Shown here piece after piece: positions 61,293 to 64,000 of a stretch of 64,000 nt of DNA (position 1 is its first letter; each line of letters opens with the position of its first letter). The notes below the pieces were generated by a model. It was not told the origin of the DNA. It did no database searches and saw only the letters and a program-made list of their open reading frames with translations. This DNA is from Macrostomum lignano. Taxonomy: Eukaryota. Location of the stretch: NCBI GenBank assembly GCA_002269645.1, contig NIVC01003638.1, positions 22,320-86,319 on the forward strand, written 5' to 3'. A program made the translations under genes and the position numbers.

Positions 61293-64000
61293 TCAATTTG
61301 TTTTATTCAGCTAATTCCAGTTGTCAAAACAAAGAAGTCTACCAAAAGCACATTTTATAATCTTAGGTTGACTATATTGTATATAATGACTATCTATACT
61401 ATAGATAAAAAGATATTCTATAGTAAATGAAAAATTGTACACTACACTGAAAACTAGATTTATACTTCACCTTGTATCATGTAGCTCAGCAACTTAAATT
61501 TTTTTGGGATGCTGTTTTTTCTAACTGAATATAACTACTATGAATCTTGGGATTTGAATCAGGAACAAAATACTAAATAAAGATCATTTGAATGGTTAAC
61601 AAACATAAAAAATTACTCCATGAATTAAGAAAGAATCACTGAAATAAAAAACTTTATAAATGATTCTAACAGACTTATAAGGAGCAAAAAAATTAACTGA
61701 TACCAAATCCACTTAATGCTTTCCTAAAATTAAAAAACCAGCATAGAGTAATATTCTTCATGCCACTTACAAGCTAGTTACTTTGTTTTCTTGATATTAT
61801 AAAATTCACTTCATTGATTTTACTTAGTCTAAATTGATTTAAAATAGGAGACAGTACAATTTATAGCACCTTTATTGATCTGAAATTATAAACTTTAATT
61901 CATAGAAAAATATCTTATGCATAAAAGCAATGACTTTAAAAATCAATATATTATAAGTATTTATAATTCTTTGGCTATCCTGCAGAATCATTAATTAAAT
62001 TCAATGTACATACTATTTAGCTATTGACATAAAACTTTCCAAAATGAATATTTTCATTATGCCAACTTTTTTGATCTGTTATGGCATTAAAATTCCATTT
62101 TAGGAGGTTGCAACTTAACTTTTATTGAAATTTCCAGGTTTTCCAAATTTTAACAACTATTAACAATTATGCAATTTTGAATTTATGCACTTATGTCACT
62201 ATGGCAAAAATGTGCCTATGGCCAAAATTAGTCACAAACTCTGTGGCTTTGAGGAGAAGAGTTTGGGGTTAGAAATATTTGCTGCTAAGCTGCAAATATT
62301 GCAAAAAAGTGCTTTTCACTTAAAAATGGCTAGTGGATGACCTTCTGCCCCAACATGGATTATGCCACCTCAAGAGGTTCACCTAGCCTTTGGACTAGTG
62401 CCAAAACACTTGAAAATGTTGGAATAATTAAAATATTCATTTTTGGAAAGTTTTATGTCAATAGCTCAAAAATGTATGTATAGTGAGTTTAATAGAAGAT
62501 TTTGCAGGATAGCCAATTCTTAAAAAATGCTTGAATATACATAGTAAAAACTAACATGATTAATAAATCAAATGATAATATAATAATGCATTATATCTAT
62601 ACTATCAAAGTTTAGTTTCTTATCTGATTCTGATTGCTTCTATTCTACCCTTGAAAGCATTTTGAATTAGACTTAAACCTTATATTAGCTATTGCACCTG
62701 ACCTAGATATACATGAGCCATTTTTTAAGTAAATCATTTACAGTTTTGCATTAATTGTAATTTGTAAATTTGTATACTGTCATTGAATTAATACTAAAAG
62801 CAAGTACAAGCTGAATGAAAGAGTTTTTAAAGATAAATACAAGTACAGCATACTATATACATACAATAACAATAGTTTGTAAATATCATAAAGGCTGTAT
62901 GATAATCTTATCATAATCATCATGATCATGTAAAATTCACAGTTAAGTCATAGTTAGCTAGGCCCGCTACTTCAAATTTTATAAACCAATACTGGCAATA
63001 GTATAAACAATTAAATTTAAAAACAATTTTCGTTCTGATGCAAATACTACACTACGTAATTGGTCGTAAATACAATAACGTACTGTACTACTAGCAGTGG
63101 CGTAAATAAGGTGAACAAGGACACATATATCCAACAAACAGGCAAAAATTTTATTTTTTATTTTACTGTTTCTACCATATACTCCTTACTTCAGACATGT
63201 TAGTTTTTAGGTATCATATTTATAATTTTTGGAGAAAATTATGCCTTATATCGTACCTAATCCCCCAAAACCAGGATAACCCCAGAAAACATCCTGTGAT
63301 TAGACTGTAGGTTACTACGTATGTTGAAAAAACAATATAATACTTTAAATTAAACTGTAATGACTCTTAAATCCCACTTCAACAAAGTTAAAATAAAAAC
63401 GTATCAGTCCCAATAGTTTAAAAATTTGGACTGATACTGTAATTTTAGTTAATTGATAAAAATAGTTAGGTAGAATCCTAATAAATAAAGCACAAGAGTG
63501 GGACAAAAGTTTCACGTGACTCGTAGCTACCAAGCCGGTAAAAGTAATAGAGCTTTTAGAGCAAGATCTATAGAACTTCAATATAATTAACGCTGCAGTT
63601 TCAAATCGTATCGTTTTTACGATGTAAATTTTGCTATTTTCTAAGTCTTGTATGTTAAGAAGGCTCGTTCTATCACTAAAGCAATAGTTGGTTCTTACTT
63701 CTTGGTCATGGTTATGCGCAATCATTTATACTGCATAGCATTGATGCATTTACCATGCAAATGTCCATTCGATGTGGATGCCATTGCATTGTCAAACAAC
63801 TATCAAATGAGAATGAGCAATTACATTTATTTCAACTGATACCATGCCACACAATTGTAGCTAATACTCGTAGAAAGGAATAAAACGTGAAAGTAAACAA
63901 ATGTTTCTATTATTATAGGCATAATAATTACACTAAATTTTCAGACAAATTTGCCCGCGTGCCTTATCTTGCCATTTTTAATTACTTAAGTACAGAGACA

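Noticed and set aside
63096-63320. CAGTGGCGTA resembling a hAT/MITE terminal inverted repeat
   Set aside because: No matching inverted copy or target-site duplication found in the window.
61300-64000. AT-rich region upstream of PDE6D with short ORFs (63345-63725, 63648-63839)
   Set aside because: No recognisable motifs, codon bias or splice pattern; treated as intergenic or decayed repeat.

Overview
Eukaryotic (animal) genomic DNA, not prokaryotic. I reconstructed four spliced protein-coding genes exon by exon from splice sites and reading phase: (1) DIP2 (+, 1863-21918, 9 exons, ~1669 aa); (2) a muscle-type myosin II heavy chain (+, 31977-42711, 16 coding exons plus a 5'-UTR exon, ~1943 aa); (3) an unusually compact Crumbs-family gene (-, 58452-48519, 6 exons, ~723 aa, ending in the ERLI PDZ motif); (4) PDE6D prenyl-binding protein (-, 61268-60194, 2 exons, ~149 aa). 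There is also a low-confidence orphan multi-exon gene on the minus strand (~24.1-31.2 kb) and a tRNA-derived SINE in a crumbs intron. About 30 different mini/microsatellite arrays (4-49 nt units, roughly 26 kb or ~40% of the window by my boundary estimates) fill most long introns, and almost every array has its own unit. Nearly all long ORFs in the supplied track that are not listed as genes are translation artefacts of these arrays. Three apparent single-base deletions in short homopolymers break the myosin (1) and crumbs (2) reading frames, most likely consensus errors. GC-rich exons, repeat-filled introns and a lophotrochozoan-like myosin suggest a flatworm such as Macrostomum; this is inference and was not verified. 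I found no clear-cut new biological system. The best leads are the intron-resident minisatellites (some carrying dense E-box or AP-1 motif clusters), the mini-Crumbs, a hexaglycine hinge in the myosin rod and the orphan gene candidate.
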